The translations under genes were made by a program, and so were the position numbers. A DNA stretch of 63,695 nucleotides, the filler included, from Welwitschia mirabilis (Eukaryota), in NCBI GenBank assembly GCA_051453625.1. It is 6 parts of one record of this genome, joined end to end, with 100 filler letters (N's around TTAATTAATTAA, not from the genome) between each part and the next. Parts side by side here need not be neighbours in the genome. Positions count along the whole stretch, not along the records: positions 1 to 19,569 come from JBOZIK010000001.1; positions 19,670 to 34,636 come from JBOZIK010000001.1; 4 more parts are not named here. The stretch is one strand, 5' to 3'. This document shows positions 12,765 to 26,500 of the stretch, piece by piece. How positions within the stretch are numbered: position 1 is the stretch's first letter; each line of letters begins with the position of its first letter. The notes beneath the pieces were generated by a model. The model had not been told where the DNA came from. It saw only the letters and a list, made by a program, of their open reading frames with translations, and did not search any database.

Positions 12765-14740
12765 TCATCATCATGGGTTGAAGATGAAAACTAAATAACT
12801 TGTAGATTTTTTATGTGATGGAAACTCGATAAATTTAGATTTAGAAAATGCATGAACATTATTGGAGAATCTTGTTAAAATTAGCTAATCTTATTCTAAA
12901 CCAGTTTTTAAAAAAAATCAAACTATAGGTCAAATGATAAAAGACTTAAGAGAAGAAAAACATGATAAGGAGGAAGTTTAAAGTAATTCAAAAAATGTAA
13001 TTAAGGATTTCATGAATTTCTTAAAAAATTACACTTAAATGATTCTAAATGAAAAATTAGCAAATGAAAAGAACATAACTTCAATATGTGATATATGTAA
13101 AGATAACTCTCATGTAATAAAAGAATGTTCCTTATTGCCAACATGTAAGGAGAGACTACTTGAAGAAGTATATGCATTTAACCAAAGGCATCCTAATTCT
13201 CAAAATCAAATGTAATATTAACAAGAAATAAGAAAGAAAAATAATTGAAAACCTTATGATAATAGATTAAATATTTTAAAAATTCCAACCAAATAACTTC
13301 CAACCAAGCTCCTTAAATTCTCAAAAAATCAAAATGATCTATTTAAAAAGTTGAGCAGAAGTAATACAAATATTGAAAATCAAACTAAAAATGTTAATAG
13401 TTTAGTTAATGTATTTCAATAAAAAATATTATACCTCTAAAGATATTATAAAGTAAAAAGATATTATAAAGATATTATAAAGTAGTTGATACATCACCAC
13501 TTATTCATCACCACTTATTATAAAACTTCAACTTCTAAAAATGATGAAGAAGGTGAGGAGGAGGATGACATAGAAGCATATAATTTTCCTTCAACTTTAG
13601 ATAAGCCTTTATAAAAAAATAAAAAGAAAAAAGATAAGCTATCCATTAGCTTGATATACTAAATACAAATCCTCTATATGATAAGTATTTAAAATCCTTA
13701 ACGTAAGATGTAAGTATAAATTTATTTTTTTGGAAAGTCTTGCAAGAAAATCCTAAGTATGCTAAGTTATATAAAGAANNNNNNNNNNNNNNNNNNNNNN
13801 NNNNNNNNNNNNNNNNNNNNNNNNNNNNNNNNNNNNNNNNNNNNNNNNNNNNNNNNNNNNNNNNNNNNNNNNNNNNNNNNNNNNNNNNNNNNNNNNNNNN
13901 NNNNNNNNNNNNNNNNNNNNNNNNNNNNNNNNNNNNNNNNNNNNNNNNNNNNNNNNNNNNNNNNNNNNNNNNNNNNNNNNNNNNNNNNNNNNNNNNNNNN
14001 NNNNNNNNNNNNNNNNNNNNNNNNNNNNNNNNNNNNNNNNNNNNNNNNNNNNNNNNNNNNNNNNNNNNNNNNNNNNNNNNNNNNNNNNNNNNNNNNNNNN
14101 NNNNNNNNNNNNNNNNNNNNNNNNNNNNNNNNNNNNATCCTAAGTATGCTAAGTTATGTAAAAAACTTGTTAGAAAAAAAAACAAAAACAAACTATACCT
14201 AGAAGAGTCTTCTTTGCATAATCCATTTCTAACTTAGTCATAAATAAGGCACCTAAATTTAAAGACCCTAGGGTAGCTATAGTATGTATTACTTTAAAAT
14301 GGAATAAGAAAACTAGAAACACTTTAATTAACATAGAGAAAGTATAAACATCATGCCTCTTCACATTTGTAAAAGACTTGGATTTAAAAAAGAATTAAGG
14401 ATTTAAAAAAGAATTTAACCTACACAAATCACCTTAGAATTGACTGATACATTAACTAGAAAACCTATAGGGATCACTAAATTTATTATTCAAATAGAAG
14501 AAGCCTTCTACCCTATAGATATGGTTGTAATTAAAACACAACATGATGTAAGTTATCCACTAATTTTAAAAATATCCTTTTGTATAACCACTCACTACAT
14601 TATAGACATAGAAACTAGATTAATGAAATGTGACATTGGTAATAAAAGATATACTATTAGAGTTTTTGATGATATAGAAAAGTATATGGGAGATGAAAGA
14701 AACTTAGAAAAAAGAGCTAAACCAACTTTATTTATTTAAC
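12765..14740 (+). pseudogene. Athila-type gag C-terminus plus aspartic protease remnant (element A)
   Basis: HGLKMKTK*LVDFLCDG..ENA*TLLENL; CDICKDNSHVIKEC knuckle (~13087); INL.FWKVLQENPKYAKL; APKFKDP...SINIMP; ORF 14440-14739 LTDTLTRKPIG...FYPIDMVV...PLILKISF (cf. LADRS..P.G...FPVDF.V...PIILGRPF). No RT follows. Confidence 0.8.
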
Positions 14741-16678
14741 ATTACCATGTTAAAATGAAAGTAATATTGATATATAATTTAACTTTATACAAAAATTCAA
14801 CAAAAATGAATAATTTTGATTATGAGGATGAAGTAGTAAAATCTATTAACAAGAAAAAAGTCTAATATGTAAACTTAATTAAAAAATTTTCTTATAAGGC
14901 TCATCATCCATCCTTATCATCTAGATGACAGTGTAGAATGATAGGTAAAAAATCACAAATCAACAAAAGAAAAATAAAAATAATGAAATAAGGAAAGGTA
15001 TAATCACTAATAAGAAAATGATAAAAAATATTCAACATAATTAGAATAAAAATAACAATACAAAAAGGTGGAATAATGAAAAATCTATAAAATCTAAATC
15101 AAACTTAATGAAAAATAGGATATCCTTTCTAATACAAAAATCCAATTTAGAAAATCTTCCCATGTTTTTTCATTTCTTTCTCTTAAAATATTTAAGAAAA
15201 CATCTTTCAGTTTTCTATAAAGTTCACTTTAGTTTAATGATAAATATTTTTAAAAGTATGAATTGGAAAAATGTTGCACTTTAAAATTATAGAAAAAATT
15301 ATCTTTTTGATAATCCATTCTTTAAGCTAAAACTTAAAGAACTTCTTAAGTATGTTAAACCTTTCTTAATCATTCATCTTAAGAAGATTTTTCAAAATTC
15401 TTTCATTTCTAATGGTCTCACTAGTTTTTAAATCCTCAATATCAATCTTTAAATGGAATCTATAATTGCAATTCTGTATATCATGCATTTAATAAGAGCT
15501 TGTTCTTCCATAAATTACATAAACTCTTTATTTCTCATATTGTAAATAATTTTTGTAGAGCCAAAATATTACCTTGTTATGCATGTATGCCTTTTATATC
15601 TTATGAATTAGTCTCTATTTGGTTTGGTTCTTATTTTTTTATGAAAATATATTACCTTAGAATCTAAACAAATTCTTNNNNNNNNNNNNNNNNNNNNNNN
15701 NNNNNNNNNNNNNNNNNNNNNNNNNNNNNNNNNNNNNNNNNNNNNNNNNNNNNNNNNNNNNNNNNNNNNNNNNNNNNTTATGAATTAGTCTATATTTGGT
15801 TTGGTTCTTATTTTTTTGAGAAAATATATTACCTTATAATCTAAACAAATTCTTCCTTATTTCTCTTTTTCTGGTTTGTTATAAATAAAGCATTGAATAG
15901 AATTTAGGATTTGAATAAAACTTGTATCTCTTTGGTGTTTCTTTTTAATTTTATAATTGTTATGCTTTTATATCTGATTTTTATTTTTAATAAATTAATC
16001 TATAAATGATTAGATCCTTATCTTTTAAAGAAAATGGATTTTTAATAGCTTAGTTGAAATTTTTAATTTGAACACTAGGGGAATTCAAAAAAAATGGACA
16101 GACGTTACAAATTTATGAATTATCAAAAGATCTTCAACATGATAGAAACAATTGCTTTGAAAGTTTTCCTACTATTATGTGAATTCTTTCTTAGCCTATT
16201 CTTTAGTGGATGTCATGCTATCACTTAAACATATTTTAAACTTGAATTATGTTTTACTTTATAAAGTTACCATTACTAGTAATATTTACTTGGGTATTAA
16301 AGTGATAAAATTGGAGTCAAACAATCTTAAACATTTAAATATCTATGAACTTTATTTTAAGGTATATGCTTTAAGTTTTTTATGTTTTATATTAATAGTT
16401 CAAGGATTTGGTTGTTTGGAGATGTTATTTCTTATCTTTCATCTCATTTCTTTACCTTCGTATGTATGAGTATCTAATCATGTGGGATTTATTTTGAAGA
16501 AGTAAATATTTATAGGAAAAAAAAGGAGGAGAAAGAAGAAGAAGAAGAGGAGGAGAATATAATAACCATAATCTACTATTTTTGTACTAAATACATGATC
16601 ACCATGATTTCCTACCATACTAGGATAAATTTTCATAAGATGAATCTTTGGTAGTGTTGATAGCTATGGGAACTCCAC

Positions 16679-18673
16679 TGTTAGATTATATTTGTCAATT
16701 GATATTAAACTTATTCCTCTTGTGTAGTGCAAATTTGTTAGATATTATGTGCAGATGATTTTAAGTTATGCAAGTGAAAAACATGGATCNNNNNNNNNNN
16801 NNNNNNNNNNNNNNNNNNNNNNNNNNNNNNNNNNNNNNNNNNNNNNNNNNNNNNNNNNNNNNNNNNNNNNNNNNNNNNNNNNNNNNNNNAGACGTGGATC
16901 AAATGCATGAAAGAAATTGTTAAGTTATGTACCTCCAATGGGAGTTAATCGGATCCGAGAGGGGTCAACCGCACATGAAACAGACACAACAGAAATGAAC
17001 TAAACCCATAGAGATTGACCAGATTATTAAGGGGTCGACTAGACCTATGACATCAAGAATAAATAGTTTTAAACCAAGAGGAATGGGGTTGATAGGATCT
17101 TAATGGAGTCAACTAGATTTAATGAGATGACAGTCAAGTCCCAGACCAAAAGGAAAGGGGTCAATTGGACTCAGGATAGGATTGATCAAACCTAAGAAGC
17201 TGACAAAGTGTATAGTTCTAGACCGAGAGATAAGGAATCAACCAGACCCAAGATGGGATCAACCAGATATTTATGGGATCAATTGGACAGTACAAAAAAG
17301 TAAATCTTGTAGATGTTATTTATCCATTACCCAGCTATTACCTAGCTATTTTCTAGCTGTTTATGGTGTTGGAGGCGTAATTAAATTGTATCAAACCTTA
17401 GTAACCCTCCATTATAAATACTTAGGTAAGAATAACCTAGAGATTTTTTAGAACATTTTCAAATTGGTATATTCATTGTGGATCTGAAAGATGAAGTGGC
17501 ATATTAAATTAGAATATCTTTTGTACTGATTCATATCTGATTGAGGAGATCTATTCTTGGATTATGACATTACTCAGAATCAGATCTAAGAACTTCATNN
17601 NNNNNNNNNNNNNNNNNNNNNNNNNNNNNNNNNNNNNNNNNNNNNNNNNNNNNNNNNNNNNNNNNNNNNNNNNNNNNNNNNNNNNNNNNNNNNNNNNNTC
17701 ATATCTGATTGAGGAGATCTATTCTTGGATTATGACATTACTCAGAATCAGATCTAAGAACTTCATCACTGTATTCATTTGAAGAAGAACTCCATTCTAT
17801 GTACTGATATTGAACAAGTGATATCAGAGCTATGAAGGCTTTATTGCATCAGTTCTATTCATTATTAAAGGTTGAGACTTAGCTTGCAAAAGTTTGTTGT
17901 CAAAGGTTGAGATTTAGCCTACAAAGATCTGCTGTAAGGATTAACAGGTGATCTTGGCAAAATCTATGAAGTAATAGAAATCGAGATTAATCTTAAAAGA
18001 AGCTAATCATTGAGAGTGGAGTAGGAGAGGTTCCCAAACCACTAGAAATCCTGCATGCATCCAAACTGGTNNNNNNNNNNNNNNNNNNNNNNNNNNNNNN
18101 NNNNNNNNNNNNNNNNNNNNNNNNNNNNNNNNNNNNNNNNNNNNNNNNNNNNNNNNNNNNNNNNNNNNNNATCACTCAGAATCAGATCTAAGGACTTCAT
18201 CACTGTATTCATTTGAAGAAGAACTCCATTCTATGTACTGATATTGAACAAGTGATACCAGAGCTATGAAGGCTTTATTGCATTAGTTCTATTCATTGTT
18301 AAAGGTTGAGACTTATCCTGCAAAAGTTTGTTGTCAAAGGTTGAGACTTGGCTTACAAAGATCTACTTTTAAGGATTAACAGGTGATCTTGCCAAATCTA
18401 TGAAGTAATAGAAATCCGAGATTAATATTAAAAGAAGCTAATCATTAAGAGTGGAGTAGGGGGGTTCCCAAACCACTATAAATCCTGCATGCATCCAAAC
18501 TGGTAGTTTCTATTTTATGGGTTACATTCTATTTTTATTTATTCTTTGTATGCATGATCGTGATATCATTATTTGTTTATATGCAATCTATGATTAGATT
18601 CCGTTAAGTTGTTTTGAGCTTAAATTTTTTATAAAAAACCTATTCACCCCCTCTAGGATTCTCGATTCTATCA
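16679..18673 (+). repeat. SIRE-1 5' LTR
   Basis: TG...CA ends, about 12 GGGGTCGACCAGAC-like palindromic motifs at 16940-17290, TATAAATA ~17413, C-rich signal at ~18642-18657. Length is inflated by gap-flanking duplications. Confidence 0.85.
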
Positions 18674-18687
18674 TTAGATATCAGAGC
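18674..18687 (+). promoter_or_regulatory. PBS, initiator tRNA-Met type
   Basis: ttagatatcagagc directly after the LTR CA, a degenerate TGGTATCAGAGC. Confidence 0.8.
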
Positions 18688-18916
18688 ATATGTTAGTCTT
18701 TGAGATATCTTTACAAATCTAGACTTAATAACCCTAAAAATAAGTAATTGGANNNNNNNNNNNNNNNNNNNNNNNNNNNNNNNNNNNNNNNNNNNNNNNN
18801 NNNNNNNNNNNNNNNNNNNNNNNNNNNNNNNNNNNNNNNNNNNNNNNNNNNNAGCATATGTTAGTCTTTGAGATATCTTTACAAATATAGACTTAATAAC
18901 CCTAAAAATAAGTAAT

Positions 18917-19569
18917 TGGACTAATGGATTTTTAACTAGTCATTCACCCATGTCCGATGGTTTAAACTATTCCTATTAGAAAGCCAAGATGAGGATTTTT
19001 CTTAGATCCTTAGATGCCAATATAGAAGAGGTCATTTACAAAGGACATACTATGCTTATGATAGCCCAAAAAGATGCAAATGGAAATACTATCTTGGTTC
19101 CCAAACCTAGAGGCTAATGGACTCCTATAAATAAAATCAAAGACACAATAGATGTCCATGCTCTTAATGCTATTTTTTATGTAGTATGTGCAGACGAATT
19201 TAAAAGGATTGTAAACTGTAATCATGCAAAAAAAGCTTGGGATATTTTGAAAGTTACAAATGAAGGAATATACACTGTTAAATAAGCCAAACTGCAAATG
19301 CTTACTTCTAGATTTGAAGACATTCATATGAATGATGAAAAACCTTGCAGGAATTTTTTGCTAAACTTACAGATATAGTAAACTCAATGGCAAGCCTCAA
19401 AGAATGTATGGAAGAAAGCAAAGTAGTAAGGAAAGTGCTGAGATTCCTACCCAAGATATTTAAACCAAAAGTAACAGCCATCGATGAAAGAAAAAATATC
19501 AATGCAATGGATTTGAAAGAACTTCAAGGTAACCTTCTGACTTATGAACTTAAATTTATTAAAGATAGA
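18917..19569 (+). pseudogene. gag: SIRE gag (UBN2 / Retrotran_gag_2) with stops and a frameshift
   Basis: SPMSDGLNYSY*KAKMRIFLRSLD...ALNAIF..DEFKRIVNC..AKKAWDILKVTNEG..VK*AKLQMLTSRFE...KVVRKVLRFLPKIFKPKVTAIDE...ELQGNLLTYEL. Confidence 0.92.
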
Positions 19570-19613
19570 NNNNNNNNNNNNNNNNNNNNNNNNNNNNNNN
19601 NNNNNNNNNNNNN

Positions 19614-19625
19614 TTAATTAATTAA
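19614..19625. other. Artificial scaffold linker TTAATTAATTAA inside a 100-bp N block
   Basis: Identical construct at five places; encodes stops in all six frames. Confidence 0.95.
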
Positions 19626-19669
19626 NNNNNNNNNNNNNNNNNNNNNNNNNNNNNNNNNNNNNNNNNNNN

Positions 19670-20308
19670 AGATCTTTTGGTACATTTTCAAATTGGTATA
19701 TTCATTGTGGATCTGAAAGATCAAGTAGCATATTGCATTGGAATACCTTTTGTACTGATTCATATCTGATTGAGGAGATCTATTCTTGGATTACGACATT
19801 ACTTAGAAACAGATCTAAGGACCTCATCATTGTATTCATTTGAAGAAGAGATACATTCTATGTATTAATACTAAACAAGTGATATCAGAGCTACGAAGGC
19901 TTTATTGCATTACTTCTATTCATTGTTAAAGCTTGAGAATTAGCCTACAAAAGTCTGTTATTAAAGGTTGAAACTTAGCTTGCAAAAGTCTACTTATAAG
20001 GATTAACAGGTGAGCCTAGCAAAACCTATGAAGTGACAAAGACTGAGATCAAGCTTAGAAGAATCTGATCATAAAGAGTGGAGTAAGGGAGTTTCCAAAT
20101 CACTATAAATCCTGTGTACATCTAAACTGGTAGTTTTTATTTTATGGTTTACATTCTATTTTTATTTATTCTTTGCATGCATGATCGTGATTTCATTATT
20201 TATTTATATGCAATCTATAATTAGATTTTGTTAAGTTGTTTTGAGCTTAAAGTTTTTGTAAAGAACATATTCATCACCCCCTTCCCCACAGGGTTATCGA
20301 TCCTATCA
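19670..20308 (+). repeat. SIRE-1 3' LTR (partial)
   Basis: Colinear with 17441-18673 (about 90% identical by eye) and ends cctatca. Confidence 0.85.
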
Positions 20309-21501
20309 CTCCACTAGGGGCTTAAGTAACCATGCTTCTTAGATTCCTACTTCTTTAACTATTATTACACTCTTTTCATCATAAATTAAAATAAAATAAT
20401 TTAAGGCTATAGGATTAGTAATGTTTCTAGTGTTATCATAGGCATTTTTTATTTCCCAAACTTATTAAACTCATAGTATACTCAAATGGTCATTTCATAT
20501 TTAAGGATTTGCATGTGTTTTGGGGTGTTAACAAGTGAGTTCATTCTTGTAGCTTTTGATCTTATCATCCTTATTTAAAAACATTAGTTACTTAGATTTT
20601 TCATTATGTCATACATTTTTAATTAGGTAATTTTATGATTTCTTCGATGATATTTTACTAGGTTTGAATTTAGAATAAGTACATAATCTTCTTCATGTTC
20701 CTAAGTTGTCCATTTCCTTTTTGTTTTTNNNNNNNNNNNNNNNNNNNNNNNNNNNNNNNNNNNNNNNNNNNNNNNNNNNNNNNNNNNNNNNNNNNNNNNN
20801 NNNNNNNNNNNNNNNNNNNNNNNNNNNNTTACTTAGTTTTTACATTATGTCATACATTTTTAATTAGGTAATTTTATGATTTCTTCCATGATAGTTTACT
20901 AGGTTTGAATTTAGGATAAGTACATAATCTTCTTCATGTTCCTAAGTTGTCCATTTCCTTTTTGTTTTTCTTAATTGTTTTATTTAGTATTTCAAAGTCA
21001 TTTCCATTCTTTTTTACTATAAATGCTTAGTAATTGATCATTTATTAGTTTTCTTATTAATTTTTAATTTTCATTTACAATTTTATTTTATAGAAGTTAA
21101 TTTTCTTTTGAGAAAATAATGTTTATTTAATTTATAATGCTAATTTTTACAATCNNNNNNNNNNTTTAGTGTCTTTCCAAATTTAGTCTTCTTTAATTTT
21201 GTTTTCTTTTTTAAGTTTTGATGCATCTAGTATTATTTTTCAATGATTATATGTTCATGACATGTTTGTCTTTCTTAGCTTGGTGCATTTACTTCCTTTA
21301 TCATGCCTTAATTTATCATGATTCTTATTGATATTCCATCTCTTAGAATTTCTGATACTTTTCTTAAACTTTTATGATATTATTTGAGCTTAACTTATTT
21401 TACTGATAATTTAATTTTTATCAATATTTTGAAACTCTTATCATCCTCAGTATTATGTAGATGACTAAGTGAATTACACATAAATATTTTTGATAAAGCA
21501 T

Positions 21502-23537
21502 TATTGCAGTGTCAATTTATGCAATCTTAAATTCCTTTAGATAAACCTATAAATTAAATAGCTTACAAAAAAACACATGCTAGTATAGACTGGAATTCAT
21601 CCAAATGTCATAATCCCAATGAAGGTAATAGGCTCAGAGTTAGAAAATTAATTTCCAATGGTTTCTTTTAGTTTNNNNNNNNNNNNNNNNNNNNNNNNNN
21701 NNNNNNNNNNNNNNNNNNNNNNNNNNNNNNNNNNNNNNNNNNNNNNNNNNNNNNNNNNNNNNNNNNNNNNNNNNNNNNNNNNNNNNNNNNNNNNNNNNNN
21801 NNNNNNNNNNNNNNNNNNNNNNNNNNNNNNNNNNNNNNNNNNNNNNNNNNNNNNNNNNNNNNNNNNNNNNNNNNNNNNNNNNNNATTGCAGTGTCAATTT
21901 ATGAAATCTTAAATTCCTTTAGATAAACCTATAAATTAAATAGCTTACAAAAAAAAACATGCTAGTATAGACAGGAATTCATTCAAATGTCATAATCCCA
22001 ATGAAGGTAATAGGCTCAGAGTTAGAAAATTAATTTCCAATGGTTTCTTTTAGTTTTTTATCTTTTAATAACTAAAATGAATATGAAATGCAAATGGATA
22101 TGAAATGCAAATGAAAATGGAATGAATTTTATTAATTTCTAATTTTTCTATCACTTAACTTATTCCTAACCAATGTGAACTATGAGATATACCAAGTAGA
22201 ATAAGAAATGCAATGTGAAATGAAGATGTAATAACAATTCAATCTAATACTAACCAAACTCAACATAAACTAAGTTTGCCCTTATAATCAAAANNNNNNN
22301 NNNNNNNNNNNNNNNNNNNNNNNNNNNNNNNNNNNNNNNNNNNNNNNNNNNNNNNNNNNNNNNNNNNNNNNNNNNNNNNNNNNNNNNNNNNNNNNNNNNN
22401 NNNNNNNNNNNNNNNNNNNNNNNCAATGGAAGAGATTTAGCCTAATACCAAGGAAACCTCTCTATGTAGCTAGGGGATGGACCCCTTATCCTTTAATTTT
22501 TTGTCATAAGAATATCACGTATAAAAGGTGAGTTAGAAGTGAGGACAAAGAGGGTATTTATAGTTCTACATTGAAAGTTATAGAACTATAGAACTAGAAG
22601 TTAGAGAAGAAACTTAGTAGCCAAAGTTGGTCACATGACCCCATTACAAGATAATTCAGTCTTGCTTATATAAAATAGTTATTGTCATGACTATCATGGG
22701 GATAACACTAGGGATGATGCCTATTTACAATAGATAATTAACTAGCTTTTGGTTCCATAATCGATCCCGTAGTTAGCTTCCAAATATGTCATCATCCCTT
22801 ATGTCGTGAAAATGAAAATGGGGATGACAATGCCTTAGAAAAGGTATTTTATTGACTCTAAGCTCTAGCTCAAATCACTAATGCAATAGGTTAATATAGT
22901 GTTATCATCCCCTCTATTCTGGANNNNNNNNNNNNNNNNNNNNNNNNNNNNNNNNNNNNNNNNNNNNNNNNNNNNNNNNNNNNNNNNNNNNNNNNNNNNN
23001 NNNNNNNNNNNNNNNNNNNNNNNGAAAATGGAGATGACAATGCCTTAGAAAAGGTATTTCATTGACTCTAAGCTCTAGCTCGAATCACTAATGCAATAGG
23101 TTAATATAGTGCTATCATCCCCTCTATTCTAGGAATGACAAAGGGGAAAACATCCTTTTAAACTCCTTAGATAAAGCAAATTATCCTTCTTTAGCATTAA
23201 TATTCCTTCAATACATTAAGTATTAGAACATGCTTGAAATGCCTCCAATTATGCCAAGAATTACATGTTTCTGTGATTATTTCATTAACTCNNNNNNNNN
23301 NNNNNNNNNNNNNNNNNNNNNNNNNNNNNNNNNNNNNNNNNNNNNNNNNNNNNNNNNNNNNNNNNNNNNNNNNNNNNNNNNNNNNNNNNNNGCCTCCAAT
23401 TATGCTAAGAATTACATGTTTCTGTGATTATTTCATTAACTCTCTATAATTACTAGAATTACATCTAGACTTATATAAATGTCCTACAAAAGTACTTCAA
23501 ACACACCATCAAATTCTTATTAATTGGCATCATAATA
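21502..23537 (-). repeat. Element B 3' LTR
   Basis: tattgcagtg...catcataata termini; colinear with 29138-30704. Confidence 0.85.
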
Positions 23538-26500
23538 TAGATCCTTACTTAACATTTTAAATCCTTGATAAAGTAAGTGATTAACTATATTATGAGCCAA
23601 TTTTTCTAAGGTAATCAGCAACTAGAAAAATGGAATTTGAGTTTCAATTTTATCATATAGGAGTAGACAATACAAATTAATTAACTAATACGACTATTAA
23701 TGTAGTCATAAGCTCCCTACTTAAACACATTACAATAGAATGAATAAATGTCATACATGTAATAAATCATAAAATGTAAAAATGATAGTTTAAAAAATGA
23801 TAATGTATAAGCTTAATTTGAAAATGTAATGCTAAAATTGATTTGTAATACTTTAATTAGTAATAATCTTAAATAATGATGCAGTAGAAGTGCATTAATG
23901 TTTTCTATGAGGGCAACGCAAAAGAGTAATCATAACATTCTTTTCCTCTAGATGATCTGAAACATAGCTACTAGAAATTCAATGAGTGTCTTATAGTGAT
24001 CCTTCTAAATGAGTCCGTGAAATGTATTTAAGAAATATGAAATCATATCCAAATAATTCATTCATAAATATGTATCATGAAATCTTAAAAAGATCCTTTT
24101 AAATTTAAAAAAATTATAAATCTTCACTTAATATCTTAAAAGAAAGCTCAAAGAGATGTCCTACCCATTCCACCTCTAGTAAAGCAAGACATCCTGGATT
24201 GCATAGAGAAAAAAGAATGATTGTCATCTTTTCTATCATGGGGATGAGAAACATAAGACAACAATGTTCAAATAAGATGTTTAGATAGATTAAGAAAAAT
24301 ATAAAAATGTTTAACAATAAGCAAGTAGTGGAAAAGAAGCAGAAGAATAGAAGAAAGGTAGAAAGTAAAGAATCATCCTAAAAAACATGACCATGGGAAA
24401 AGAGACTTATGAAACCATAATAATGCATTAAGTAAAAGAAATCATTGCTTAAAAGTACTCATAAAATATATCTTAAACTCCATGAGTATTTAAGATGTCA
24501 TAAGTGGATGTATGCAAAACCAAAAACAAAATTGAAAGATATTAGCATAAAACAAAAGGAATACATCAATCAAAGTGAAAGAAATGCATCAATTAGAAGT
24601 ACTTTAAAAAGAAAAACAACCCTTATAAATAAAAACTATTAATGAAAAAAAATACAATTGGAAGACTACCAGATGATCAAATCCTAATTATTATGTGGAA
24701 AAAGATATGACAATGATTTTAAAAATTCCAAAAAAAACAATTAAGAAAAAACATAATAAAAATGAATAACTAATAACATAGAGAAGATTACTTAACTACC
24801 AAAAATTTCACCCTAGCACAGTCCCTTGGGAGAAATCATAAAATCACTTGATAATGATGTATGAAATAATGTAGAAATTCATAAAGTTCCACTTGAATAA
24901 GTAAAGACTATGATTATGTTAAGTATGTCTAACGTTATTAAATAATGAATGATAAGATAAAAAGATTTTAAAACATGAACTTACAAGCTATTATATCAAA
25001 AACAATACTAGAATCCTAAAAAAGTAAAGTAATCATGTGGAAGTATTACAAATAAGTAAATAAAATGAGTCTAGAAAGTAAGCAATACCTCTGATGACAC
25101 CAACGACATCACTGATCTCATAGCTTCTAAGTGTAATTTTATTCTACCATGATGAGGGGAGTACAACCACTATCAGAGGAGTAAGGACCCATACAGCATG
25201 GNNNNNNNNNNNNNNNNNNNNNNNNNNNNNNNNNNNNNNNNNNNNNNNNNNNNNNNNNNNNNNNNNNNNNNNNNNNNNNNNNNNNNNNNNNNNNNNNNNN
25301 NNGGGGGCCATGTTTAAGATATAACATGAAATAGCATGGCCTATATTTCTTTTTTTGCTTTTCTTTTTCTTTTCTTTTCTTTTTTTTTTTTTGGTTATGA
25401 ACTCACATAACCAAATACTCATAAGTATAAAACTGAAGTGATAGGATGAATAACAAGGAAGAACATGCTAAAACAAATAATTACTCACACCATTAAAAGA
25501 GAAACAAAAACTAAGGAATCTTCCTTTCACATGAAGNNNNNNNNNNNNNNNNNNNNNNNNNNNNNNNNNNNNNNNNNNNNNNNNNNNNNNNNNNNNNNNN
25601 NNNNNNNNNNNNNNNNNNNNNNNNNNNNNNNNNNNNCCTTTTTTTTTTTAGATATGAACTCACATGACCAAATACTCATAAGTATAAAACTGACGTGATA
25701 GGATGAATAACAAGGAAGAACATGCTAAAACAAATAATTACTCACATCATTAAAAGAGAAAAAAAAACTAAGGAATCTTCCTTTCAAATGAAGTTCATAG
25801 ACATATAAATGTATAAAGATTGGGTGAAGTCAATCGTATCATTTAAAATTCCTAAGCAAAATATTTACTAATCATGATAACTTCATAAAGTAAAACATTA
25901 GTCAAGTTAAATATGTTCAAGTGATAGCATAACATTTACAAAAAGAATTAGCTAAAGAAGAATTTAGAGAATGGTAAGGGAAAAATCCAAAACAAGTGCT
26001 TCTAATATGTTCATTATTGAATTGATAGATATGTCAATGATTTTTAACCTTTTATCCATTAACTTCTAAATTTCCCAAGTGTTCAAGTTGGCAGTTTTAG
26101 TTAAGCCATTTTAAGATGTACTTTTTTTGAAATATCAGAACCTCATCATTTGAGAAGTTTAAAAAGTTATGTAAAACATGCACTTGGATGTTGTATTTTT
26201 TAGAAAAATAAGGGTCAAACCAAATAAAAGCCAATTGATAAAACATAAAAGGTATACAATCATTTTGAAGTAAAATCAATTGGAAGTAAAGAGAGTAAAA
26301 TGATAAAACATGGATAGCACAAAATTTTAAAGTCAAATAAGAGATAATGAGATGATAAATTTCATTAACAATTAATCTCTTATTAAAACAATTTAAATCA
26401 TGAGTATTTTTATATAATTCATTCAAGGAACAACTTAAGGAATGAATCCAATAAATCTTTAAGGGATTTTGAGAATGTTTAATAAGATTAAGAAACTCCT

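Larger units (their letters stand above)
16679..20308 (+). mobile_element. Sirevirus (SIRE, Ty1/copia) element SIRE-1; internal pol lost in an assembly linker
   Basis: 5' LTR TGTTAG...CTATCA at 16679-18673 with ATTCACCCCCTCTAGG integrase signal, Met-PBS and gag. Partial 3' LTR at 19670-20308. Flanked by ctccac/ctccac. Confidence 0.85.
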
